Virus record (IMG/VR): IMGVR_UViG_3300033067_000680
Coordinates: 1 to 25,307 of that record
Strand: one strand, 5' to 3'
DNA length: 25,307 nt
Source of the DNA: a virus
Taxonomy: Duplodnaviria > Caudoviricetes
Under the pieces are notes generated by a model. That model worked only from the letters and a program-made list of their open reading frames with translations. It searched no databases and was not told where the DNA came from. This document shows, piece after piece, positions 1 to 7,540 of the stretch. A program made the position numbers and the translations under genes. Within the stretch, counting starts at the first letter, position 1. Each line of letters begins with the position of its first letter.

Positions 1-2
1 GC

Positions 3-563
3 TTCCGAGTCCTCGAACCGCTTGACCTTGAGCAGGCCGCCCTCGTTCACCGTACTGCGGCCGAACTTGTAGAGGCCACGCGGGTCGCGCAGCATCACGC
101 CTTCGTAGCCGGCAGTGATGAACATTTCTTCATGGCTGTTCAGCTCGTCCAGGCTGTGCACGAGGTCGTGGCCGACGATGTGGATGTGCGGGTCGTTGGC
201 CTTCAACACGGTCTCGCGCGCAGCCGCCAAGCGGTCAGCGAACGGGGCAGGGGAGTCCCAGCGGTCGAACACCCAGAAGATGAACTGGGGCTCGCCATCG
301 CGGCCCATGACCCCGCTGGTGGACTTCAGGAAGCACTCCGGCGCCGTGGGGTGGCCCACGATCAACTCGCCATCCAGGCCTTCAAACTGGGGTTTGCCTA
401 GCACGCTCTGGATGTAGCGGTTCGGAATCAGCTTGAGCGCGCGGCTCAGCACCTTGCCGTCCGACACGAGGGCACGGATGCCGTCGAGCTTGGGCGAGAG
501 CAGCCGTGGATACGTCAGCTTGGTGAAGTCGGCTTTGGCGGCCAGCATGGGCTTCAGGCTCAT
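3..563 (-). CDS. ATP-dependent DNA ligase (3' end outside window)
   Basis: Not in the ORF track; hand translation from ATG at 563 gives MSLKPMLA...SPKLDGIRA (KxDG adenylation motif), GLDGEL, WVFD, GYEGVMLR, LLKVK; ATGA overlap with the upstream gene. Confidence 0.93.
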   Translation of the reverse strand, partial: MSLKPMLAAKADFTKLTYPRLLSPKLDGIRALVSDGKVLSRALKLIPNRYIQSVLGKPQFEGLDGELIVGHPTAPECFLKSTSGVMGRDGEPQFIFWVFDRWDSPAPFADRLAAARETVLKANDPHIHIVGHDLVHSLDELNSHEEMFITAGYEGVMLRDPRGLYKFGRSTVNEGGLLKVKRFEDSE

Positions 564-796
564 CGTTTCTTCCTAGCAGTGGTCGTGGACATGCGGCTGT
601 GCATCACGGCGCGCAAAACGTGGATGTGGAGGGCGGAGTTGGCCTTGGCGCGGTCGACCACGAAAGCACGTGCTTCGAGGTCAGGCCGCCCTACGCCGAA
701 CACTTCGAGGTAGGGCCGACGCTCGCCGTTGTTGATCACGGTGGCGAGAAACCAGCCTTCGGCTTTGCCTGCGGCAGCAATCTCTTTGTCGGTCAT
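560..796 (-). CDS. Hypothetical protein
   Basis: ORF coupled to the ligase start by ATGA; start at ATG 796 (MTDKE) or GTG 805. Confidence 0.65.
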   Translation of the reverse strand: MTDKEIAAAGKAEGWFLATVINNGERRPYLEVFGVGRPDLEARAFVVDRAKANSALHIHVLRAVMHSRMSTTTARKKR

Positions 797-797
797 A

Positions 798-812
798 GAT
801 CGCACTTAGAAC
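798..812. promoter_or_regulatory. GATC-N7-GAAC copy of the recurrent element
   Basis: GATCGCACTTAGAAC immediately upstream of ATG 796. Confidence 0.4.
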
Positions 813-840
813 AGTGGACCGGGCGACGCGCCCGATCGGC

Positions 841-1236
841 TCAGTTGGGCTTGATGATGATGGTGCAGTGCGGCGTGGTGATGGTCAGGGTCTTGCCGTC
901 CTCGGTGATTTCCAACGCAGGACGGCTCAGAAGATTCCCCACCTTGCCCGTCGCGAACTCCGCCGCCTGGGCGATGTCCTTGAGCTTGATCTTGGCCTGG
1001 ACGCGGCCCTTCCATGCGTAGGCCCAGCGAGCGCGAGTGCCCTTGCTGTGTGGTGCCGGGACACGAATCACGTCGCCCTTGCGCCACATGTTGCCAAGAT
1101 AGTCCGACACGCGGTTCACTGTCTTGGCGTGCTCGCGAATGGCCGGAAGATCGAAGAGCGAAGCGCAGTCCATGGCCACGTCTGCCTGCTTCAGCGCTTC
1201 TTCAAGCGCCCCGTAGAGTCCGTCTTTGTTGTCCAT
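841..1236 (-). CDS. Hypothetical protein, possibly winged-helix DNA-binding
   Basis: 131 aa, GC3-biased codons, AGGTGA SD-like leader; RVSDYLGNMWRKGDVIRV resembles a wHTH helix plus wing. Confidence 0.7.
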   Translation of the reverse strand: MDNKDGLYGALEEALKQADVAMDCASLFDLPAIREHAKTVNRVSDYLGNMWRKGDVIRVPAPHSKGTRARWAYAWKGRVQAKIKLKDIAQAAEFATGKVGNLLSRPALEITEDGKTLTITTPHCTIIIKPN

Positions 1237-1257
1237 CGGGTATCACCTACGCAGTCG

Positions 1258-1297
1258 AGAAAGGTCGTGAGGCGTCTGCGAAACAACCTCACGACCT
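1258..1297 (-). terminator. Hairpin, possible intrinsic terminator or RNA structure
   Basis: Perfect 11-bp stem AGGTCGTGAGG (1262-1272) / CCTCACGACCT (1287-1297), 14-nt loop, only a short U-tract on the minus strand. Confidence 0.45.
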
Positions 1298-1321
1298 ATG
1301 GGGGACTTGCATTCTCGCCCG

Positions 1322-1486
1322 TCAGTCGTCGGACTCACCGTACAGCGCACGCCCACGGAAGTCCCGTGAACGAGGGGAACGGCGCGACCGTCGTCGGGCC
1401 AAGTATGCAAGCAACAGAGACGTGGACACGATGCGGTAAACCGCAGTGATCACGCGAGACGTGGTGAAGAGCGGCTGAAGGTTCAC
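1322..1486 (-). CDS. Small hydrophobic then Arg-rich protein (54 aa)
   Basis: GTG overlaps the upstream TGA (GTGA), AGGAGG SD just upstream; MNLQPLFTTSRVITAVYRIVSTSLLLAYLARRRSRRSPRSR... Confidence 0.55.
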   Translation of the reverse strand: MNLQPLFTTSRVITAVYRIVSTSLLLAYLARRRSRRSPRSRDFRGRALYGESDD

Positions 1487-1887
1487 TTGCCTCCTAAGAA
1501 CGACAGCAGGTGTTCGGCAACCAGCTGTCTGGTGAGAATCCGCTGCTCGAACGCGGTCTTGGTCCACGCTCGGTGCCACTCACCGTTCTTCATGATGACG
1601 CCACCGGCTGCACAGCCGACGATGACCCACACGTTGCGGCCCTCGGCCACGCGGTTGTCCACCCAGAGCTTCTGCAGCTCGGACAGTTCGACCTTGACCA
1701 GGGTGTCGCCCCGCTTGGGCAGCACGACGAACTTGTACTCGACCCAAAGGTCTCGCACGCCGCTGAACCAGAAGTCCGCGGTTCCCGAGTTGTACGGGTT
1801 GTTCATCTTCTCGCGGTGCAGCTCGTCCACAGGCGGGAAGTAGCGGTGCACCGACTTGGAGAACGTGCTCTCCGGCTTACGCGACAT
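1483..1887 (-). CDS. VRR-NUC-like PD-(D/E)XK nuclease / possible resolvase
   Basis: N-terminal Glu, GTADFW, WVEYK, LSELQKLW and GRNVWV match the VRR-NUC pattern. Confidence 0.8.
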   Translation of the reverse strand: MSRKPESTFSKSVHRYFPPVDELHREKMNNPYNSGTADFWFSGVRDLWVEYKFVVLPKRGDTLVKVELSELQKLWVDNRVAEGRNVWVIVGCAAGGVIMKNGEWHRAWTKTAFEQRILTRQLVAEHLLSFLGGK

Positions 1888-2222
1888 TAGACGGGCTCCT
1901 CGCCACGCAGCCGCTTGGCCACGAGTTCGGCGTAGCCGGCGATGTCCGTCCAGCTATCGTCGTAGTCCGCGTCACCGTTGGCGATGCGGCCCAGCTTGTG
2001 CATGATCATGTCGATCGCTTCTTCTTGGTCGGCGGCCATGGGCGGCAAGCCCTGGTTGCGCCGGTGGTCGAAGAAGGTCGCCTTCAGGTTCTGCGTGACC
2101 TTGGCGTGGTCGATGAACTTGCCGTAGCGTTGCCCGCGCTCGACGAGCGTGGCATCGACGACAGTCCGTTGCGGGACTCCAAGCACCTTGGTCGCCTTGG
2201 TGTTCGGGTTGAAGGGCTTCAT
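1887..2222 (-). CDS. DUF6378-like helical phage protein
   Basis: Start re-set to ATG 2222 (ATGA overlap); ERGQRYG, MHKLGRIANGD and DSWTDIAGYA signatures. Confidence 0.75.
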   Translation of the reverse strand: MKPFNPNTKATKVLGVPQRTVVDATLVERGQRYGKFIDHAKVTQNLKATFFDHRRNQGLPPMAADQEEAIDMIMHKLGRIANGDADYDDSWTDIAGYAELVAKRLRGEEPV

Positions 2223-2776
2223 GCTTTTGCAGCCTTGGCTGGCACCTTGGCGTTGAACAACGCTTGGTGGATGTTGATGACGTGCTGCGCCTGGGCCACA
2301 GCGTCGTGCAGCGCGTGGTGGGCCACGGCCGGCGCCACCTTGGGCACCTTGTCGGCACCGGGCAGCGAGCGGTACGTGCGCACGCAGCGCTCGTTCCAGA
2401 ACTCCCACGGGTGGTCCCACCCGAAAGAGCGGTAAGCGTCTGCCACCTTGACCAAGTCGAACGCGGGGCCGTTGCCCCACATGCGGAACTTGGAGTGGCC
2501 GAGCCATTCGGTGAACTGGTTGAGCGCGTCTTCCAAGTGGATCTTGGGCTCGTGGAAAACCACTTGGGCTTCCTTCGACTGCTTGAGCCAGAAGAGGAGC
2601 GTGCTCTCGGACATCGTCCGACCCTGCACGAGGTTCGAGTCGACCGAGATGCTCGCGTAGAAGCCCTCGTCGTCGATGGTCCCCTTGTCGAGGTCGAATT
2701 TCACCGCGCCAATGCTCAAGATGATGGCACCGGGCCCAGTGTCCAGGGTCTCCAAGTCGACCATGACTTCGTTCAT
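2219..2776 (-). CDS. DEDDh 3'-5' exonuclease (Rv2179c / ExoVIII C-terminal-like)
   Basis: VMVDLETL, SIGAVKFD, WGNGPAFD, HHALHDA motifs. Confidence 0.88.
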   Translation of the reverse strand: MNEVMVDLETLDTGPGAIILSIGAVKFDLDKGTIDDEGFYASISVDSNLVQGRTMSESTLLFWLKQSKEAQVVFHEPKIHLEDALNQFTEWLGHSKFRMWGNGPAFDLVKVADAYRSFGWDHPWEFWNERCVRTYRSLPGADKVPKVAPAVAHHALHDAVAQAQHVINIHQALFNAKVPAKAAKA

Positions 2777-2799
2777 GTGTGGTTCCGTGCAGAGGGTAG

Positions 2800-2835
2800 A
2801 AAAGAGCCGCTCACGCTGGGTGGTGCGTGAGCGGC
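2800..2835 (-). terminator. Rho-independent terminator
   Basis: 11-bp stem GCCGCTCACGC / GCGTGAGCGGC (2806-2835) followed by TCTTTT on the minus strand, downstream of the stop at 2852. Confidence 0.75.
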
Positions 2836-2851
2836 GCTCCAGGCGCCAGCT

Positions 2852-3229
2852 TTACAGCGGCGCTTCTTCGGTGGCCTTGGCCTTGGCCTTCACCGGCGCG
2901 GGGTTCGCCAGCGCTTGCTCGACCTGGGTGATCTTGGCGGTGTGCGCGTCGATCTGGACGGTCAGCTTGGTGCTCTCCTTGGCCAGGGCCTTGGTCGAGG
3001 CTTCGTGGGCCTTGGTCGCGGCCTTGACGGCAGCGTCGTGGTCCTTCTGCGCGGCGGCCAGGGCCTTGGCAGCGACGCCCAACGCCGAGGTCAAGGTCTT
3101 GCCGGCTTCGACGACGGCGCGAGCGTTCAGCTTGGTGCTGCCTTCGAGGCTCTTCAAGCTGGAGGCCAGCTCCTTCTTCAGAGCTTTCAGTTCAGCGGCG
3201 GACAGGTTCTTGGTGTTCAGCTTTGCCAT
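2852..3229 (-). CDS. Ala/Lys-rich coiled-coil protein
   Basis: GGAG SD before ATG 3229, strong GC3 bias, followed by a terminator. Confidence 0.8.
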   Translation of the reverse strand: MAKLNTKNLSAAELKALKKELASSLKSLEGSTKLNARAVVEAGKTLTSALGVAAKALAAAQKDHDAAVKAATKAHEASTKALAKESTKLTVQIDAHTAKITQVEQALANPAPVKAKAKATEEAPL

Positions 3230-3440
3230 GGAATTTCTCCTTGAGGGCGGTGACATAGCGCAGTTCGTTCAGTCTTGCTGCGCGTGAGATGAGGCGATCA
3301 ATGACGGTCGCCCGGCGGTTGCTGCCCGCCTCCAACTGGAGGCAGGCAAGCACTTCTTCTTCCGTGAGCTGCTGGATCAGCTCGTTCAGCCTGCCGTAGG
3401 ACGACAAGGCTTCAGCGACGATCCAGCTGCGGACGGACAT
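3192..3440 (-). CDS. Small hypothetical protein
   Basis: MSVRSWIVAEAL...; starts just after the stop of the upstream gene. Confidence 0.65.
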   Translation of the reverse strand: MSVRSWIVAEALSSYGRLNELIQQLTEEEVLACLQLEAGSNRRATVIDRLISRAARLNELRYVTALKEKFHGKAEHQEPVRR

Positions 3441-3444
3441 GGGA

Positions 3445-4242
3445 TCAGCGGCGGGGCGCAACGGCTTTGCGAGCCGGGGCCTTGGTCAAGGGCTGGTAGC
3501 CCGACACGTCCGGCTCGACCTTGAGCAGTTCCTTGGCCTCTTCCTGGCGGGCGAAGCAGACTTCGAGCGCAGGGTTCGGTTGCGGGTTGCTGAACATCAA
3601 GCGCGGGTAGTCCGTGTTGGGGTCCAGGGCCACAGTGGTGACGACGCCGACCGGCGGCATCTGGAACAGCCGCGCGACGTTGTTGACGTGGCCGTCGAAC
3701 GCCTTGATGGCGGTCGGCGAGACTTCCAGCAGCCACATGTCAGTGTTCTCGTCAGCGTCAGGCGGCAGCACGGCCAGCAGGCGACCGTTCTTGCAGGCCT
3801 TGCCGTTGCCGTCAGAGCCGAACTCGTTCATCGGGCAGCCCTGGCAGCTGTCGCTCTGCTTGTTCGGCGCGTTGTCGCTCGGGGTCATCGCCTTGGGGTT
3901 GATGCCGATGGCGAAGCACGCGGGCGGGGTGATGTTCTTCGCGTCGAACTTGCCCTCGTAGAACTTGTTGATCGCGACGAAATCGACGATCACCAGCTCC
4001 AGCGGGTCCGAGGTCTCGGTGCCGTCCGGCAGCTTGAAGCCCGACTTGGTCAAGCGGATCTTGTTGCCGCCGGCGGGCTGGGTGCGATCGCCCATGGCAG
4101 CAGCCTGGGCCTTGAGCGCGTCTTGAATCGACACGATCGCGCCGCTCGACGGCTTGCGCACGGCGACCGAGGTCGACGCGGTGTCAGCGGACTTCTTCAG
4201 CGGCGCCGACTTGGCAGCGGGCTTCTTGGGGGTGGTGGCCAT
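3445..4242 (-). CDS. Putative ssDNA-binding/annealing protein with Cys4 Zn site
   Basis: PACFA...SCQGCPMNEFGS..GKACKN motif; sits in the replication cluster; AGGAG SD. The function is inferred. Confidence 0.6.
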   Translation of the reverse strand: MATTPKKPAAKSAPLKKSADTASTSVAVRKPSSGAIVSIQDALKAQAAAMGDRTQPAGGNKIRLTKSGFKLPDGTETSDPLELVIVDFVAINKFYEGKFDAKNITPPACFAIGINPKAMTPSDNAPNKQSDSCQGCPMNEFGSDGNGKACKNGRLLAVLPPDADENTDMWLLEVSPTAIKAFDGHVNNVARLFQMPPVGVVTTVALDPNTDYPRLMFSNPQPNPALEVCFARQEEAKELLKVEPDVSGYQPLTKAPARKAVAPRR

Positions 4243-4257
4243 TTGGGCTCCTGGTGA

Positions 4258-4272
4258 GAACGAACTTAGATC
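4258..4272. promoter_or_regulatory. GAAC-N7-GATC copy of the recurrent element
   Basis: GAACGAACTTAGATC, about 15 nt upstream of ATG 4242. Confidence 0.4.
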
Positions 4273-4714
4273 AGACGGCTCGGACGTTGAGCCGCTTCTT
4301 GGTGAAGGGCGTGATGCCCGGGATGGCGCCCTTCAGCTCCAACAGCTCCCGGTACGACGCATCACTGATGCGGCGCTGGAAGAGCTGGAAGTTGCCGGTG
4401 CGCTTGACGTACTTCTCGACCTCGGCCCAGTCCTCGACGTTGCCGACGATGCCCTGAGTGATCGAGACGCTGGCCCGCTTGCCGCGTGCGGCATCCGTGC
4501 CTTCCTTGTCGAGGCGCTCGAACAAGCGCTCCTCGTGTTCCTTGTACTCGGCGTCGATCTTGGCGACCTGGGCCTCCAGCTCGCGCTTGCGTTCGCGCAG
4601 CTCGTAGAGGTGGTCGGCGATCCCGCCGATGGACGTGGGGGCCAGGGCCTCGACCACGTCTTCCACAGCTTTGGTCTTGGCGCGGGAGCGCACAGCGGTC
4701 TTGGTAGCAGTCAT
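4271..4714 (-). CDS. Conserved-looking phage protein (coiled coil plus VEDW motif)
   Basis: LYELRERKRELE helix, NVEDWAEVEKYV, FQRRIS and IPG, a pattern familiar from phage replication clusters. Confidence 0.8.
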   Translation of the reverse strand: MTATKTAVRSRAKTKAVEDVVEALAPTSIGGIADHLYELRERKRELEAQVAKIDAEYKEHEERLFERLDKEGTDAARGKRASVSITQGIVGNVEDWAEVEKYVKRTGNFQLFQRRISDASYRELLELKGAIPGITPFTKKRLNVRAV

Positions 4715-4734
4715 GCGTTTACCTTTGTTGAGTG

Positions 4735-4764
4735 AATCGTAATACGATCTTGAGTAGATCGCAA
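4735..4764 (-). promoter_or_regulatory. Sigma70-like promoter with embedded GATC-N7-GATC palindrome
   Basis: Minus strand TTGCGA-N17-TACGAT (4764-4736); palindrome CGATCT-N5-AGATCG at 4745-4761 overlaps the -35 and spacer. Confidence 0.65.
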
Positions 4765-4773
4765 CACAAAGTT

Positions 4774-4986
4774 TTACGAAAGGGCGCGGAGGGTGTCGTT
4801 CACGACCTTGGCGCGAGCAGCTCGCACGACGCTTCGAAGAGCAGCCATTCGCGTGCGGCCGAGAAAGTCACCGTAGTACCCGTGAGGGCCTCGGACCCGC
4901 ACCCAGCGCATTCCGTCATCGCACTTGCGTGCTCGGCTGACCTTCCACCCAAGGGCTCGGACGGCGGACTTCACCACGGGCTCCAC
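4774..4986 (-). CDS. Small basic hypothetical protein
   Basis: 70 aa ORF filling the gap between polA-downstream ORF and the promoter. Confidence 0.55.
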   Translation of the reverse strand: MEPVVKSAVRALGWKVSRARKCDDGMRWVRVRGPHGYYGDFLGRTRMAALRSVVRAARAKVVNDTLRALS

Positions 4987-5207
4987 GCGTGTTGGCCCAT
5001 GGCTATCAGCACCTGGGCACGAAAGCCCTTCTGCGCTTGGCGCAGCACGTTCTTAGCTGCGCTAAAGGGCGTGCGTCCCCAAAAGTTGCGAGGCTCGTTG
5101 CTGAGCTTCGGGCACATGGCGGTGATGACAAACCCGGGCTTTCCGAGTATTTCTCTTCGTCGCTCCATGTGGATGAACTGCACCTCACTTCGAATAGTTT
5201 TCCGCAT
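4971..5207 (-). CDS. Small basic hypothetical protein
   Basis: 78 aa, GAGG SD-like leader, overlaps the polA 3' end. Confidence 0.5.
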   Translation of the reverse strand: MRKTIRSEVQFIHMERRREILGKPGFVITAMCPKLSNEPRNFWGRTPFSAAKNVLRQAQKGFRAQVLIAMGQHAWSPW

Positions 5208-7344
5208 AGCCGCCCTCAGCGTTCAGTGGGATGTCGGCGCACCAGCTTGGCGGCGTGCGCATCACTTTGAGCATGAAGCGCATCGCGGTCTCAGCCGAGG
5301 CCTTCTTGATGACCGCCACGTTCTCGTCGTGCGTCGTCATGACGACGCGGTACTTCGTGTCGATCTGAAGCAGCTGACCCATCACGATGATCCGGGCCAG
5401 GGCCTGCACGATGTTCTCGCACAGCAAGCCGCCGTAGATCTTTTTGCGAACTGGCGTGCCCTTGAGCATGCCTTGGTACGTCCACTCGTCCCAGCCTTTG
5501 TCGCCCATGCGCTTCTTGAGGTCTGGGTACTTAAGGGCCATGCCGTTCGGAAGCCAGATCGTGTCTTCTTCCCAGCTGATCGGGCCCCAGCTACCGGCGC
5601 GGCCACAGGCCATGTCTTCGATGATCTCGGCGCACTTCTCCCAGCCCCACTGGATGCGGTGGTTCTTGCGGCGGTAGGCGTTGACGATCGCGTGGCACTT
5701 GTCCAGCTCGAAGTACACGGGCGGGCCGCCGAGTGCGCCCTTCGCCAGCGTGATCTGCAGCTTGGGGGCACCCATCTGGTAGCCCAGGCCCAGCACGCAG
5801 ACCTTGCCAACGAAGCGCTCGGTCTTGTCGTCGGTCGTGATCTCGCGCCCGTACACGAGGTCGCCGAACTTGCAGTAGGCGTCGCGGTCGGCACCACGGG
5901 CGATGCCCATCACGTCCTTGTCCCAGCCGTCCGCAGCACGGAAGGCGTCGAGTAGGTCGTCCTGGCCCCAGAGCCAAGCATTGACGCGCGCTTCGATCTG
6001 GCCCGAGTCCACCACGCCGATGACGTGGTTGAGCGGAGCCAAGATTGACTTGCGCAGCTCGCCGCCCCGCTTGAGGTTCTGCATGTTCATCTTGTTGGCG
6101 CCGCCCAGCCGGCCCGTGTGGGCGCGGTAGTAGGCGTAGCCCACAGGCAGCGGCATGCCGTTGGCACCGGCCACAAGGAAGCGCTCAGCGCGCGTGATGT
6201 TCGTGGTGGACTTGACGGCAAGCCGAGCGTCCACAAGCGCACGCAGGCGTTCCTGGCGGGCGGCCAGCTTGGCGATGTCGGCCTTCTTGTTGAGGTTCAG
6301 GCCGGCGCTCAGCTCCTCGACTTGGTCGGGAAGGTTGATGAACTCGTGGTCGTCCTTGGCAAAGGCGTACGTCCACTTGTCGTCGTCGTTCCGCTCCGAC
6401 GCTGGCTTCTTCATCCAGGCGGCGCTGAGCTTGACAGGCGGCTCGATACCCTCGGCGCGGATCAGGTTGGCGAAGCGTTCGCTGGAGCCGACCACGCGCT
6501 TGGCCAGCAGGATCTTGCGGTCGTCGCCGGTCAGCTCGCGCTCGGCTGTGTTCTTCAGCAGCTTCTTGATGTCGGCTGCGTAGTCCTTCTCGTCGACCAG
6601 TCCCAGCAGAGCAGCGCGGCGCTCAGCGATCTCGCGGGCCAGCTCGGTCTCGACGCGTGGGATGTCAACGCGCAGCACCGGGTCGCAGAACATGCGGCAG
6701 ATGACGTGGATCAAGTCCATCTCGTCGCGCGGCACCATGTTGACCATGACCTTGAAGATGCGCAGCATCTCGTCGACGTCTTGGCCGCAGTAGTCCGCAG
6801 CACGGGCGTACCGCGGCTTGTCGGCCAGCAGGCGCTTGAGGTCGAAGCCTTTGAAGTCCTCAGTGCCGCTTTCCAGCTTGCCCTCGCCACCGAGGTGACG
6901 GGCCACTTCGTCTAGGCCAGCGCCGATGTCGTTGCTGAACAGGCCACGGGCCATGGACAGCGAGCAGTAGTACTTCTTGGGCTTGACGCCATAGTGGTGC
7001 GACAAGATGAAGCCGTCGAACTGCACGTTGTGGCACAGCAGGCTGTACGAGGCCCAAGGGATCTTGCGCAGCTCGGCGCGCACCTTGTGGCCCGGCACGA
7101 CCTTGGTCTTGCCACGGCCCACCTTGATGCCCACCATGAGGGCCTCGAAGCGCGGGTCGCGCACGTACTCACTGGTGCTCAGCTTGCTGAGCGTGTAGTC
7201 CTCGTCGTACTTCGTCTCGAAGTCCAGTGAGACCAGCCGGTCCCAGTCGATCTGTTCGATCGGAAAGGCTGGGCGGCCGACGGGGGCCTGTACGGCCTTA
7301 GCGACCTTGGTCGGTCGAGTCTTGACTGCTGATGCCCAGCCCAT
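5185..7344 (-). CDS. polA: DNA polymerase family A with 3'-5' exonuclease
   Basis: ExoI LDFET, ExoII HNVQFD, ExoIII YCGQD; TGRL, NMQN; motif A DSGQIEAR, motif B KVCVLGLGY, motif C THDE. Confidence 0.96.
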   Translation of the reverse strand: MGWASAVKTRPTKVAKAVQAPVGRPAFPIEQIDWDRLVSLDFETKYDEDYTLSKLSTSEYVRDPRFEALMVGIKVGRGKTKVVPGHKVRAELRKIPWASYSLLCHNVQFDGFILSHHYGVKPKKYYCSLSMARGLFSNDIGAGLDEVARHLGGEGKLESGTEDFKGFDLKRLLADKPRYARAADYCGQDVDEMLRIFKVMVNMVPRDEMDLIHVICRMFCDPVLRVDIPRVETELAREIAERRAALLGLVDEKDYAADIKKLLKNTAERELTGDDRKILLAKRVVGSSERFANLIRAEGIEPPVKLSAAWMKKPASERNDDDKWTYAFAKDDHEFINLPDQVEELSAGLNLNKKADIAKLAARQERLRALVDARLAVKSTTNITRAERFLVAGANGMPLPVGYAYYRAHTGRLGGANKMNMQNLKRGGELRKSILAPLNHVIGVVDSGQIEARVNAWLWGQDDLLDAFRAADGWDKDVMGIARGADRDAYCKFGDLVYGREITTDDKTERFVGKVCVLGLGYQMGAPKLQITLAKGALGGPPVYFELDKCHAIVNAYRRKNHRIQWGWEKCAEIIEDMACGRAGSWGPISWEEDTIWLPNGMALKYPDLKKRMGDKGWDEWTYQGMLKGTPVRKKIYGGLLCENIVQALARIIVMGQLLQIDTKYRVVMTTHDENVAVIKKASAETAMRFMLKVMRTPPSWCADIPLNAEGGYAENYSK

Positions 7345-7540
7345 CGTTTGTGCCTTGTGGTTCGAGAATGTAGGTGTGCTTGGTGCCGTGGTCGTTCAAG
7401 ATGCGCTGGATGCGCTCGGCCTCAGCGAGGCTCTCGCACCGCTGCACGCTCGTGTGCCCGCCGGGCGGGTCGATGACCAGCGTCCACTTCGTCGCGTGGT
7501 ACAGCGGCACCTTGGCCTGGTTCTGGTGCCACGTGCTCAT
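7298..7540 (-). CDS. Hypothetical protein
   Basis: ATG 7540 overlaps the helicase TGA, GGAGG SD; MSTWHQNQ... Confidence 0.65.
   Translation of the reverse strand: MSTWHQNQAKVPLYHATKWTLVIDPPGGHTSVQRCESLAEAERIQRILNDHGTKHTYILEPQGTNDGLGISSQDSTDQGR

Noticed and set aside
1237-1482. tRNA or known ncRNA in the apparent gap
   Set aside because: No cloverleaf or T-loop pattern; the gap is explained by a 54-aa ORF and one hairpin
1887-2507. Long N-terminal extensions in the ORF track (also 11326, 13844, 15818, 16330, 19636, 20716)
   Set aside because: They overlap upstream genes extensively; downstream starts with SD sequences or stop-start coupling fit better
5185-7344. Intein or intron in polA or the primase
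   Set aside because: Frames are continuous, sizes are ordinary, and no intein splice or LAGLIDADG/HNH motifs were seen
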